From the NCBI RefSeq assembly GCF_000002075.1, contig NW_004797676.1, positions 505,853-569,852 of the forward strand: a DNA stretch of 64,000 nt. Direction: 5' to 3'. The stretch comes from Aplysia californica. Its lineage: Eukaryota. The first letter of the stretch is position 1. Each line of letters begins with the position of its first letter. The position numbers and the translations under genes were made by a program. Below the pieces are notes generated by a model. It saw nothing but the letters and a program-made list of their open reading frames with translations. It had not been told where the DNA came from and ran no database searches. This document shows positions 38,014-50,800 of this stretch, in pieces.

Positions 38014-41000
38014 GTGCCTTGCCCAATGCGCAGCGCAGCCCCGATGCGGCACGGGTTTCACTTTCTCCCTTCATGTAGTTATGAACATAATTTGTAGATT
38101 GGTGTGATGTCCCTTTGTGTGTTTTGATTCCTTATTTCCGGTTCTGAATTCGTTTTTCGTCTTCCCGTGAGAGGCAGTTGAGTCTGTCAGTAGCACAAAA
38201 CATCGATTTGGAGAATTCAAGGTAAGATGTTTGCCTTCTTTTTTCTTGTTGCCAATAGCTTCTACAGCAATGTTTATCCATTTGAATGCTGGAAAGGATG
38301 TAAATCCGTTCAGGTGGCCATTCAAAGGGGTGCCGTGCCGCGCATTGTCAAGGGTTTTGACGAGGATGCCCAAGCGCGGCGGTAGGGTGCCGCGCTTTGG
38401 AACAGTTTTATACACAGCATCTAGGATGCCCAAAGTGCGGTAGGGTGGGAGAAAGGATAGATAGGCCTAGATCTAGACAATCTATTAAACTACTGTGCTT
38501 TAATTTAGATGGCGACACCCCCAAAAAGGACCAGGCCAACCAAACAACCAGTTCAGCCCAGCATGGACAGATGGTGATTTGAAAACGGCTATGGAAGCTG
38601 TGTTGAGTGGCGCCATGTCTCAAAGCAAAGCAGCAAATGTATTTGGTATTCCAAGGTCCACCCTCTTTGATAAACTGTCAGGGAGGAGGAAAGTGGTTCC
38701 CTCATCAAAAACTATGCCCTCCAGAGAACTTGAAGAAGAGATAGCCTGTTGAATTGTAGCCATGAGCAACGCTGACTTTGGGTGGGTTAACAAAAGCCAA
38801 GCTCTTCAAATCTGTTAAGACTATGTTGGACAGCAGAGGTATTACAACATCTTGGGTCAACAACAAGCCTAGCGAGAAGTGGTTTAGGTTGTTCAGAAAA
38901 CGCAACCCCAAGTTTGTCACCAGGAAGCCTTGGAAAATCGGCAACATGCGTGCCGCTGTCCCTCGTGAGCAGATAGTGGCCTGGCACGAACAATTTGTGA
39001 AGAAGTTAAAGGAATTGGATGCTACAATTCTTCTAGAACAAGATCGCATTTTCAACTGCGATGAGTCAGGATTTGCCATTGATGCAACAGCGAACAAAAT
39101 TTTAACTGACAGTCAGTCCAAATACACATACCAGGTTGGGAGTGAAACTCACACGATGATAATTGCCTTGGTGTGTTTCATCAGTCCCATGCTAATGTAC
39201 CCCTGAACTCAATTTAGAAACTTTCGACCAGAGGATGTGTTCAAAGAATCCTTCATCGCGAAGAGTGAAAAAGGACAGATAACACAAGATCTGTTTAGTA
39301 CATGGCTGGAGCAGAAATGTCCCTGACACCGCCCACCTGAAGAAACCGGTATTTCTCCTGGTAGATGGCCATGTCAGCCAGAAGTCCACGAAAGAGCCTA
39401 CCAAGGTCTGCACAGACGACCAGGTCATCCTTTACTGTCTTCCTGCCACATCTTGCAGCCACTTGATGTTGGCGTGTTTCGGACTATGAAAGCTGAATGG
39501 AGAAATGCTATTAAGGAACACACCAGTGAGACAAACCAAGTTGTCACGAAATGAGGAGTTTACGAGAGGATTCTAAAAACTCAACTAGCTCGCTCAGCCG
39601 TTCGCAAAAGTGGTATTTTCTCACCTGACTTCATGAACGTGGATATGTCCAAGGTCGAGGCCAGCCCTGTACCATCGAGTCCTGCTGCAACTCCACCACC
39701 ACTTGGGCCATCAACTCCCCAAACTGAACACCCCCCCGGCAGCAACTGTGTCAGCTACTACCAGCAGTGGACAGCAGAGTACCATTGAGAGCACATTATA
39801 CAAATTTGCTGTGATCTGCAATCAGCTGCAAGAAGAGACATTGAATCTGTACTTCAAACGGTTGGAAGATGGCGCAAGGGTAACAGATCCTATGTATGAT
39901 TTATGGAAGGTTTATCATGATGAATTGAAAAACCAGAATAGAAAATCTGAATCAGCAACCGTTTCCAAACTCATCCAGGATCCTCTCCGGGCACCCATTC
40001 CAATGATACAGTCAAAGAAAGGCAAGATGAAAAAGACAGTCAGATTTCCTGATTTTATGACAGGCGACGAGATGCTGGCATTACTTGAACAAAAGGAGCA
40101 GGATATTGATAAAAAAAAGAATGCTGGAACAAGAGAGAAAGAAGAAAGCAGCCGAGGAACGTAAGAAAGAAGTAGAGGTAAGAAAGAAGTAGAGGTGAGA
40201 AAGGCTCAGCAGCTCGAGGAGAAAAGGAAACAAAGTGAAGAAGCAGAAAAGATGAGAGAGGAAATAAAAGAAAGGAAGAAGCAGCTTGCACAGAAAAGGA
40301 AGAAACAGAGAGTGGAAGCAGAACAGAGGAAGAAAAGGCGATTGGAAGAAGCAGAAAGAAAGAAATTAAGCGACAAAAGCATTTGGATAGCATCTCGGGG
40401 AGAGTGAACAAGGGGGAAAAGGAAATTTTTTAATGAGTCAACAGACAGTGAGGACGAAAATGTTCAGATGGTCCTCGATGACGACTCAGATGTTACACTG
40501 TCGGAACCAGACAGTCTGTTTGACGAAATGGAAATGGCTCAGACTCTGAGTGATGCACTCTGCCCTGTTTGTGGGAAAGACACAGCTGACAAGTGGATCC
40601 AGTGTGACGGCTGCAACGCATGGTTTCACTATGGCTGCATCCAACACATCAATTTGGCCACACTTACACAGCAGGAGGTAGAAGAGATCTCCAGCTTCAG
40701 GTGTGACTTTTGCCTACAATCCACCAGATGGAAGGACAACTTTGTACATAGTGTATATAGAAATTTAGGTGAGGCCTCAATTTCTATTGCCCACATTTCA
40801 TTTGCTCCTGTTGTGTCAAGGTTTTCCTTTGAAGTTGTATTCAATGGTGATGTTTCAGTTCAGAAACTGTTATTTTTATCTTTGTTCTGTGTTTTGACTC
40901 CATTAAAAACGTTTCTGTTGCATTCCAATGCTGTATGGTAAGTGCAGAGACTGTTCTGTTTGTTATGAAAAAGGCAAGGTATGGCCTTGTTTTAACACAT

Positions 41001-41081
41001 GGACGCTAGTTTTTGTTAATTACTGCAAGCAATAAGCAACGGTGGCGTTGTGTTGATAACCTGCCGCGCTATGGGCAACAC
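38014..41081 (+). mobile_element. Degenerate pogo-family (HTH_psq + DDE) DNA transposon with C-terminal PHD finger
   Basis: Frameshifted fragments from ~38509: psq HTH (AMEAVLSGAMSQSKAANVFGIPRSTLFDKLSG), IFNCDESGF, FLLVDGH, ILQPLDVGVF, a K/E-rich coil, then C4HC3 CPVC..WIQCDGC..WFHYGC..FRCDFC (40561-40713). Imperfect terminal inverted repeats TTGCCCAATGCGC / GCGCTATGGGCAA. Confidence 0.85.
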
Positions 41082-41889
41082 AATCTACATCTATGTTAAC
41101 CTTTCCTCAATCTCTTTGTTGCCTTTAAGACGTGTATGACACTGTAATAAAAATGCTCAATTTTTAGCGTTTTCCACAGCATTGATATCCTAGAAGTTGC
41201 CAAAATTTGCAGTTCCCTGTTGCTCATACCCATAAGACGTTACACATACGCCCCACTAATCATCTAACTCTAATTTTTCTGCAATGAAATTCGCCACAAG
41301 CGCTGCATAAATTCGTCTTAGTAAAAAAAAAAAGCTCACACCTGTAACATAGTTGCTATCTAGAGTTACTTTGCTGCTAAGCTCACAAGTGATCTACAAA
41401 CACAGGTCTACTCTTGCAGACCAAAGCATGCTTCCACAAAACGTAAATACTATAATGACTGAAAAAAGGCAACAAAGTTTTGCCTTTTGACTATAGACTT
41501 GCAATTTTTAAAAATGTGAAATTCAAAAGTATATTTGAAATCTGAATCATATAAACTTTCAGAATATAAATTTATGTATAATTTTAAAGAATTATCTTCA
41601 AATAACAGGCCATGCACATACCCCCCCAAAAAAAAATCTGTGAAAAAGCTTAGAAGTACATTGCTGTCTGAGTAGTAGCTAATGAGCTTAGCTGAAAATC
41701 AGTGCTGACAGTAGAAATGCACACCCCTGGCAACAAAGAGGTTAATAACCATGTTAAGTGCAAATTAATTAAACAAATTAAGACTCATGACAGACAGTTC
41801 CAGACTTATAAAAAAAAAAGAAGACAAGATCAAGTAATACATTCAATGGAAGCGCAAATCCCTCCCCTCCCAACAAAACTGCAAATCGG

Positions 41890-44800
41890 CTATTTCCTGG
41901 CTTTGACTTGGTTGAGGATGCGGCTGGATATGGCCTGTGTGTCCACATTCTTGTCCAGCTTAACGTACTTGCCTCTCTTAATTTCCACAACGGAGAGTAA
42001 CTCTGGTGCCAGCTCCTTCAGTAAGCTGATGTGCTGCTCTACATCACCTGTGGACCACCAACAACATTTGTTGAGCTGCATTTTGAGGAATGGAAACATT
42101 TTATCACAAACAAGAGAGCAGACAAGAAATAGACCAAGTAGAAGCAGACCAACTGGTCAATCAATGGGGGGGGGGGGGGGGGGGACGACATCTATTTTAT
42201 ACAGGAGGGAGAAAACAGCCTCACCTCACTAATATGCATTGTCACACAAAAGGGCACAACAGTGTTTGTTGTCAACGTCATTTAGAAAAACATTGGTAGT
42301 GCACACTTGTGCTACAGCATCAATTCAATACAGCGACATGTGAAAATCACCCTGCCGGCCCCAAGTTAGAAGTGTGAACAACATTAAAAGAGCAGCGGGA
42401 AAGAAATGCCAGTGATTTAATTCTGATAGCAAACGGCAGCACCCCAACTCAGTGAATGATGCACTTTTCTAATTTGTAACTCCCAGCAACCCTGTATGAA
42501 AAAATCAACAGGGTGTTGTAGCCAGTCCAAAATAGAGAAGGGTGAATCTTAAAAAGTAAATTACATTTTTTGTCAAATATGTATAGCTAAAAATCTGCGC
42601 TACATATTCTCTAGGAAGGAGAACATATGTGAGGCAGCGTGGTGGAATCAGGCTCTTGTCAAAATAATCAAAGTGAAGAAACTTTTTTCCGCAGGTTTAT
42701 GAATTATTATCAAATTTTAGTTTTTTGGCTCAACACCTTTCGTGCCCATTAAAGAACTAATTTCTGTCTTGATTTTTCTGAAAAACGTTGATTAAAGGCA
42801 CAAAAAAAGTAAATTTTCAGTTACCACAGACTCTTAAGCTAAAGAAATAACTAATCTTTGGCGGCCATTTTCTCAATAATTTTACCTCTGAAAACAGGTG
42901 ACTCTCACCTACTTCTTTTGCAAATATCTCGACTTGTATTCAAGATAAACGGATATTTTTTTCATCCAAATAAAGACAAGTGAACAAGCTTTAGGATGAT
43001 ACCAATAACTCTACATGCCCAAAAATTGACGAGAGCCTGATTCCACCTATGCATTCCTGGTAGATTACTACAATTTATTTTTTTTAGAAGAAAACCAAAT
43101 GTGAAGATCAGACGTGTAAGTGGCCCTGAGTATTACGAAAAAGACGACGCATTTCCAGCCACTATTTGCATTTCCATACGGCTGTAAAACGAAGGTGTAC
43201 GCAGCAAATGAATCCATGGCGGCCGGAAATGTGTTGTCTTTTTCCCAGTTCGCATTTAATTTCGTTCTTATATTGCCAAAATAGTAAATTTCGCCTGAAA
43301 ATTTTTGCAGGCAGGAGACATTTGGTCGGAAACACCGCTGCCGGAAAAATTTGAAACAGCCAGAACACTCACACATCTGGAAGATGTAGAAGCAGAGGGG
43401 CTAATCATGGATGGATGAAGAGAAAGTGAGTGAAGAGGAGAGTGTGAAAAACTTTCAGATCATCACGGAAGAACAGTTCAAGTATTTCTATTACTAAAAT
43501 TTTCTTTTGAACCAAAGAGTTTGCACATCATGTTACATAATTTAATGTATGCCAAGATTCTATGTATTCACGTGAAATGAAAAATTGCCATCAGATTCTG
43601 AATTGAATATTTCATCTAGATCCCTGCATCCATTTTCTAGATGTTTAGAGCAAATCGTATGCCTCAACTTTCTCAGAGGTAAAAGAAGACAACAATCTCC
43701 ATAAGTCTGCCAGACACAATTTGTGCATATTTATCTCATTTGATACAGAGCTACAAAGGACATTACTTACGTAGAGAAATACCGCTTTTGTAACTTTCTT
43801 GCAACTTTTTATACACTGAATCAAGAGGCAGGGCTGGCTTTTTTTCTGTAACAAAATATCTGTCAATAGATTTAAGGAATATAACATTCAAAGAGACACA
43901 CCCAATGCAGCATTATCACTCAAGAAGCATAGTGAAATCTTACCACGTAAAAGTTCAATCGACTAGAAACGAACAGAAGCACATTGACAGGATAACAATC
44001 AAGCCGGGAATAGAAGAATCGAAACAGAATCAGCAAGGAAAGAGAAAGAACAGGACACCCGCCCCCTCTCCCCCCCCCCCAAAAAAAAATCTAATGGATA
44101 CCAGATATAAACAAAATAAAAAAAAAAAAGAAACAATAAAGTTATCTGTTCAGCTCAAAGTTGCTATAAAAAAAAATGAACACGCATCAAAAAGACAAAC
44201 ATTTGTGATTGAAGGATACGATCGTATAATCCTGATGATGTCAGGGAGATGACCCATCATCCTCGTCTTGTCGTCTTCTGCTGGGTCACGGGTCATGGCT
44301 TCCTGCATCTTTAAGGCTTCTTTTGCTCTGATCTGTTGGAAGAGGACAGGGACATTGAGTGTGAGAAAAAGTTTCTTGTTTTTTAAAGCTTGAAGTCTCC
44401 CAGTAACTATGTGTCTGCTATAATCCCTATAATATGCACAGCATCTAGCCCCCCCCCCCCATACCTCCACTCTCTTTACTGCTTCAGAAAAAGTGCTTGC
44501 GATTGTATATGAACACTTCGCCACAGTAGGATGCCAGGATTTTTCTTAGGATACAGTGGTGTTTGCCGAAGTGCAATACTCTTGGGAAGCAAAGCTTGGT
44601 TGCTGTTGGGCGGACATTGCAGCTAACTGAAGTTCCTGAGGGCACATTTTGATCGGTCCTACTCAAGAAAGCCACATTTTTTTTTCAACAATGGGTGACC
44701 ATTCAACAATGGGTGACCATCTTAAATAATTTTGACCATACTATGGCATGAGAGGCAAGCACCTTGCCACTAAACCACTAGTCCAATTAAAATTTTTCAG

Positions 44801-47800
44801 AAAGTTCTGAAAAAAATCTAACTTTAACATTCTCAGAGGTAAAAATGACAATGACAATTTCCACTGATACGCCTTTTCAGTTTTGTTACATACGAAACAT
44901 GTCGAGCAATACCTTCGCAAGCAATGCAGGTGGGATTCCCTTCAGGGACGGAGTATTCTGTGATGACGATGGTGATGACGACGAGGACACACTAGACTGA
45001 GAAGATGATGTGCTAGGAGTCGAGTTCTGTTTGACATGTTCTGTTTCTGATGTTTTGTTTGCGTCTGCTACCCGGGATAGTGCCGCTTCCACCTGTCAAG
45101 AAAAAATGGAAAACATTTAAGAGTCAAGTTTTTGAAATGGTACTCTACACAGTACAATTGGTTCATAGACAACATTTTATGAGAACAAGAGAAGCTATTG
45201 GTTGACAGGATCGTCTCCATTTGGCCATTACAAAAAAACAGTGAACAGAACAGGAAGAATATATTTTTCCATGGAGACTAATTCAGCTTTGGGGAAAATC
45301 AAAGTTCAAAATTTCCTTTTTTACTAAAAGACTGATTGATCTACTAAGAATAAATAACCTGTCCTCAGAGGAATTTGCGCCCACAACCTGCAACTTGGCA
45401 CGCAACTTTTGCTGCCATTTCCCACAAAAGTTGGGAAAATAAAAATAAATTTTTTTAAATAACTGAAACCAGACCTGCCACCCATCCCAAGACACCTCGA
45501 TTTTTTTCTGCCCCAAATCTCAAGCATCCCGATTTTGACCAAGTGTATCCTTATTTTTTGTCCCAGTCTGTTGTGCCAGATTTTCTGAAAATTTACTGTC
45601 TTCCGCTCTATTGCGGGAAGCACCCATTGAACGTTTTGTTAGTAGAAACTTGGAATAGAATTCCTTCACAATACAGTTACCCAGTGAATACCCTCATTTT
45701 CCACAATTTTCACTTCTGAATGTTGCATGTCACAACCTCGGAACACCACTTCAAATTATTCTTGATTTTCATAGTTTTAGCAAAACTTCTTTCACTGTGG
45801 CCCTTATCGCGTTCCCTTGCTGTAGAATCTTTGCATTAGTAATATCTCTAGATCTAGACAATAAATTTGCAAACAAGTTTCTTTCTGACAGTAATTTCCT
45901 GTCTAAGATCACAAGTCAATTTACTTGATCAACGCGCATATTTTCCAGCCGTGGCAACAGTTCGAAGATAGACGGAATGAGTGAATGATAGAAAGGAGGA
46001 AATTGGCACAAAAAGTTTGCCAGATTTTGATCAATCTGCAGGTAAAAATGTACTGCCGACCAACCAGCAATGAAATCATGGGGCACAGCCTAGGCTTTAC
46101 CGAGAAAGCCTAGGGCGTAGCGGAATAATGGCTGATAGCAGGAAATGCGCAATCTCTCTGTAATTTTAACGTATTGCCGAGAGAATTGCTGTAAATACCC
46201 GTAACTTATGCAAGACGATACGAAGGCGAGAACGGATCTTTTGCTACGAAATTTCGGTAATCCTACGAAGTCGCAGTTTTTTTACGGTGGGAGTTGATAA
46301 TGATGGAGGAACAAGTACGAAACTGGCAGAAAGTACTGATTTCCGTAAAAATACGGAAGAGCAGAAGCACTGCTATTGGTTGGTGTGTGTGTGTGTGTAT
46401 GTATGTGTGTTTAGACATGCGGATTAGGAGTGTTTGACGTGATGCTTCAGGATTAAAACAAAATAATGATAAAACACACACAGGGCATATCTATTTATGG
46501 ACACCCCTGGAGAAATGTTTACGTCAGTTTGGCAGTCACCTTGGTGATTTGCAGTTGATCCCGATTTTTTCCATCCAAATCCCCATCCCCCCAAAGATTC
46601 TGATTTTGAGATTTCATAGAGTGGCAGGTCTGCAGAAACTTTCTTCCACAAGCGGATTACGGAGAGAGAGAGAGAGGCATTCACTTGAACTGAATCATTA
46701 TCTAGCTAGATTTAGATCTACAGTAAATCAATTGTAAACATGATGTTGTGCCATCCTTTTCTGGTGTACCTTTGCATTACATTTTTACCACATGCACATC
46801 AGCTGACATGGATCGAAGCTCTCTCTACAAACTGTTGGTTAACTGTAGAAGCAGGTCTCAGTCAGAAGAAACAATCAAGTCCCCTTTTATTCCTGTATTA
46901 CAACCACTTTGCAGATTTTGATTTTTCCAACTTAATTTTTCATTTTGTATCTATATCTAGACCTAGTCTACTTTGAATCCTGCATAGAGACATTTCCAAC
47001 AAGCATTTTTATCTGCATAAAGACATTTCCAACAAGCATTTTTATGACAATCTATGTGAATAGACTTCTATATTTCATACATATGACATTTGCTAGTGCA
47101 CAAACCAGTTTTTTTATAGACACTCACATTTACTTTTGATTTTGATCTAACAAAACTAATGTTGGTTACTTTGATCGCAAAGAGTATACCAACAATGAAT
47201 TCCATGACATTTTTTTTTTTAGCTATACCCGTCTTGCAACTTTTCCTAATTTTTCTTGCAACTTTTGCTATTTTTAAAAGCAACTTTCTACGGAGACAGA
47301 ATAATGGGGAAAAGAAAAGTACATACACGTGGATTCAGCTTCCCCCGCTGTTTTTCTAAAACATCTTTGGCAGAGTGATAGACCAGCACTTCTGGGGGTT
47401 GAGGTAGAGGTGACACAGCCACCTCCGGAACTTTATCCAACTGGAAACGTGGGTGCCATCTAGTGATTTTGTCATCGGGTATGACAATTGGTGGGCTCAA
47501 GCTGGAGAGAAATGTCTGGGAACAGAACAGTTAAAGTGTTAAAAATATGTTCAATCTAAATAAGAGAGTCCACACTCAACTACTGAAAAAAGAGTAACAA
47601 TAATTACCCCGTCATGTATAATACGAACATATATGTTCATGTAAGCTTCTAGGGGTTAATAACAAAATGATTTAAGTTGCAGATTCAACAATGTGCACCC
47701 ATCAAAGGAGTTGTCTTTAAAAAAAAAATCCAGGTTTCCAGTACTCTTTCCAAATGTAAGTCTAGATCTAGGGGGTAGCAGACTAAAGACAAGACTGGAA

Positions 47801-50800
47801 TAGCACTGAGGAGACTGATTAACAAGGCACACTTTTTTCTGATTCAGAGCTACTTTTTGAGCCTGACCAGCAGAAAGCAGATTATCAGCAGGTACACCAG
47901 AATTGTCAAACTTTACTCCAGAAAATGCACCTTCTCTAGCCCCAAACTCTTCTGATATATCAGAGACGTTTTGAGGCCATTTTCACCCCTGTAGTTCACT
48001 GTTCAGTCTGTAAAGTTTCAGCATTGAGGAAACCATTCCTACTTGTGAGAGTCTCGCAACAAAACAAAGTGTTAACACCCCGAAAGCAATGGAACTTGAA
48101 ATGAAACTAGCCTTGTATCATTCACACATGCATGGGGCATGGCAGTGCAGCCAGTGGCCCCCCTCGCACCTGTGCGGGATCTGACTTAAGCGATTAAATT
48201 GAATAAGAAATTCAAAATAATTAAAAGGTTAAAAACTCTGAGAACACAAAAGGCAATGTCTTATTATAACACAATTGTGAATCAAAGACCACACTGTCTG
48301 TACCTACATTTTGTAGTATTACATTTTATACATGGGAAAAAAAACAAAAACATCAAAAGATAGGGGTTGAGGGAAGAAATACCTTGTGATGTTGCTTGAC
48401 ACGGTCCACCAATCTCTTCTTGAAATCATTTTTCCTTTTGAGTAACATACTAGCAGTAAACACTGGCTTCCCCTCTGAATTTGTTTGTCCCATTTCTGTA
48501 TCGGTACCAGCATCTGAGTGGAAAGAAAACAATAATAAGAACATACACACACCAAAAACAAAAAATGGTAAGCACATTATAAGTTTCAATATCAGACAAC
48601 TTTTTTATCAGCCCACCCTTATTTTATAATAAATACAAAGAACATTCCATTACAAAATGTTATTACCCTAGCGAGTGGAAAGTTTGTATACACAGCCTTA
48701 TGCAATTAATATCCGCATCATGACAAGACAGAATTTTAGCTACACTTCATAGTTTTTGAATGAAGGCAGGATTTCGAAATCTAATATTTTACTATCTAAA
48801 AGCAATACATTTTGACTATTACAAAATTCTATTTTTCTATAAAAGTCAGTTGAAAATTTTCAAGCCAAAAGCCTATCGGTACAGAGCCATTAACGTAAAC
48901 AATATGCTGTAAAAAATTGTATAGGTCTAGGGATAAAGTTTTTCAAGAGAGTTATTTTTTTTATAAAGCATGCCGTAACAAAACACAATTTTGAGAAAAA
49001 CAACCCCTCCAATTTCTATGCACAAATTTATCTATTTACAAATTCAATTAGGGTCCCCTATGTGTCGGTCTCAGGTTTCCAACGATACTTTTAGATACGA
49101 ATGGCATGCAGATCAATGAATTGTGTCAGTTCCAACGACACTGCATAAAAGTACTTTTTGCTCTGCAGGAGGACTTGTTTCTGAGGCTCAAATTTCACTA
49201 ATTTTCTGAGCGTTTACAAAACACACTATATACGCTTGAGCAATTTTTCAAGTTTTATGAACACTTTCATGCAAAACATGGGAAATGGATTCTTTATACA
49301 ATTTCAAGCCAGAGAAGATCAAAATAAGTCTCTTGATATCTTATCACCAGACCAGTACTTCACTGGTGTGTTTTCCTAGGATTGCATTAAGCAGACCTGC
49401 CACACTATGAAATCTAAAAATCAGGATCTCAGTTGGGAAAAATCGGGATTAACGACAAATCACCAAGGTGACTGCCAAGATGACTAAAATTTTCCAGGAG
49501 TGTCCATATCCATGTATGCCCTCTGAGTGTGTGTGCGTGTGAGTGTGTTTTGTCATTATTTTTGGTCCAAGTGTGTGACCACACCCCACCCCCCAAGTCT
49601 TGAACTTCCATCAGCGGACGGTCCCCAATGCGCATGGAACCACACACCTAAGTCATGTGATGCAAACGTTCGGTAGAAACAGTTTTACGTTTTTAAAGTA
49701 ACAGGTTCTGAACTATGAATAGTATTGATCATTTGTATGCGCAATTGAAACAGTTATCAGGCCATCCAACACAACTTGGGGCGAGTCAACAAACTAAATC
49801 CAGCATAGATATTTTGGAAAAGAGTGCTCCGAGCTCCTGCTGACAAAAAGTTTAACGGGTGCTTCCCACAACAGAAAAGATGACATAGTAAGTTTTTAGA
49901 AAAATCCAGGGCAACAGACGGCACAAAAAATTGGGATATACACGATCGAAATCGGGTTGCTTGAGATTTGAGTGGAAAAAATCAGGATAACCCGATTAAA
50001 TCGGGATGAGTGGCAGGTCTGCTTAAGCTAGAAAAGACAACAAAGCTATGTGTTTTCCACAGCCCATGAAAGGCAAAGTTAAAGACTGCAAAAATTTTTT
50101 TGAACACTTCACTGTGAATAAGTTACCTTTGTTGCCCAGGTTAGGCTCCACAGTTAGCTGATATCCACTGACTTTTTTACCAAAAGCTGGAACATTTTTC
50201 TCTTGCCGAAATGTATATGCTTCAGGAGTGATTGTCTTTATCTGGCCTGCAGTCTTCTGTTCAAAATTCCTGAAAAAAAGATTAAATAATTGAGATAATT
50301 CATATTTCTAACAGATCAAAGAATCTTGAGATGGCACAATGTTCACACTACAAGAACAAAGTATGGTGAGTCTTACTCCCATTGCAACAAAATATAATTG
50401 AAAGAGGCAGTATCAGCAAATGTAATTTTCTCCTTTCACACCACAGATGAGGAGCTACTCTCCACTTGACATATAAGTGCAGTTGTTTCCTCACTGGGAG
50501 CTGAAATTAAGATGCATACACTGTAGTCAAATATCAAATACAGCCAATAGAGTAGAAACTTGCATAATAACACAATAAGTCCATCAGAGAATGGTCAAAA
50601 AAGAGGAACTCGTTGCCCCACAAACAAGCACAAAAACAACCCCCCACAAAAAATTTAATTACATTTGGTGCCAAGACGAATAAAAAGATGGTTTACACTT
50701 TTACCCCATCCGTACATCGTGTTTTACAACGTGGGGAACTCTGTGTCCCCACTTTTCAAAGAGGAAATTTATTCGTTAATCCGATCTGTACGCTTCGCAT

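Noticed and set aside
50400-50460. EKITFAD-like reading as the missing CDT1 exon
   Set aside because: It is bounded closely by stops and lacks the other conserved residues and suitable splice sites.
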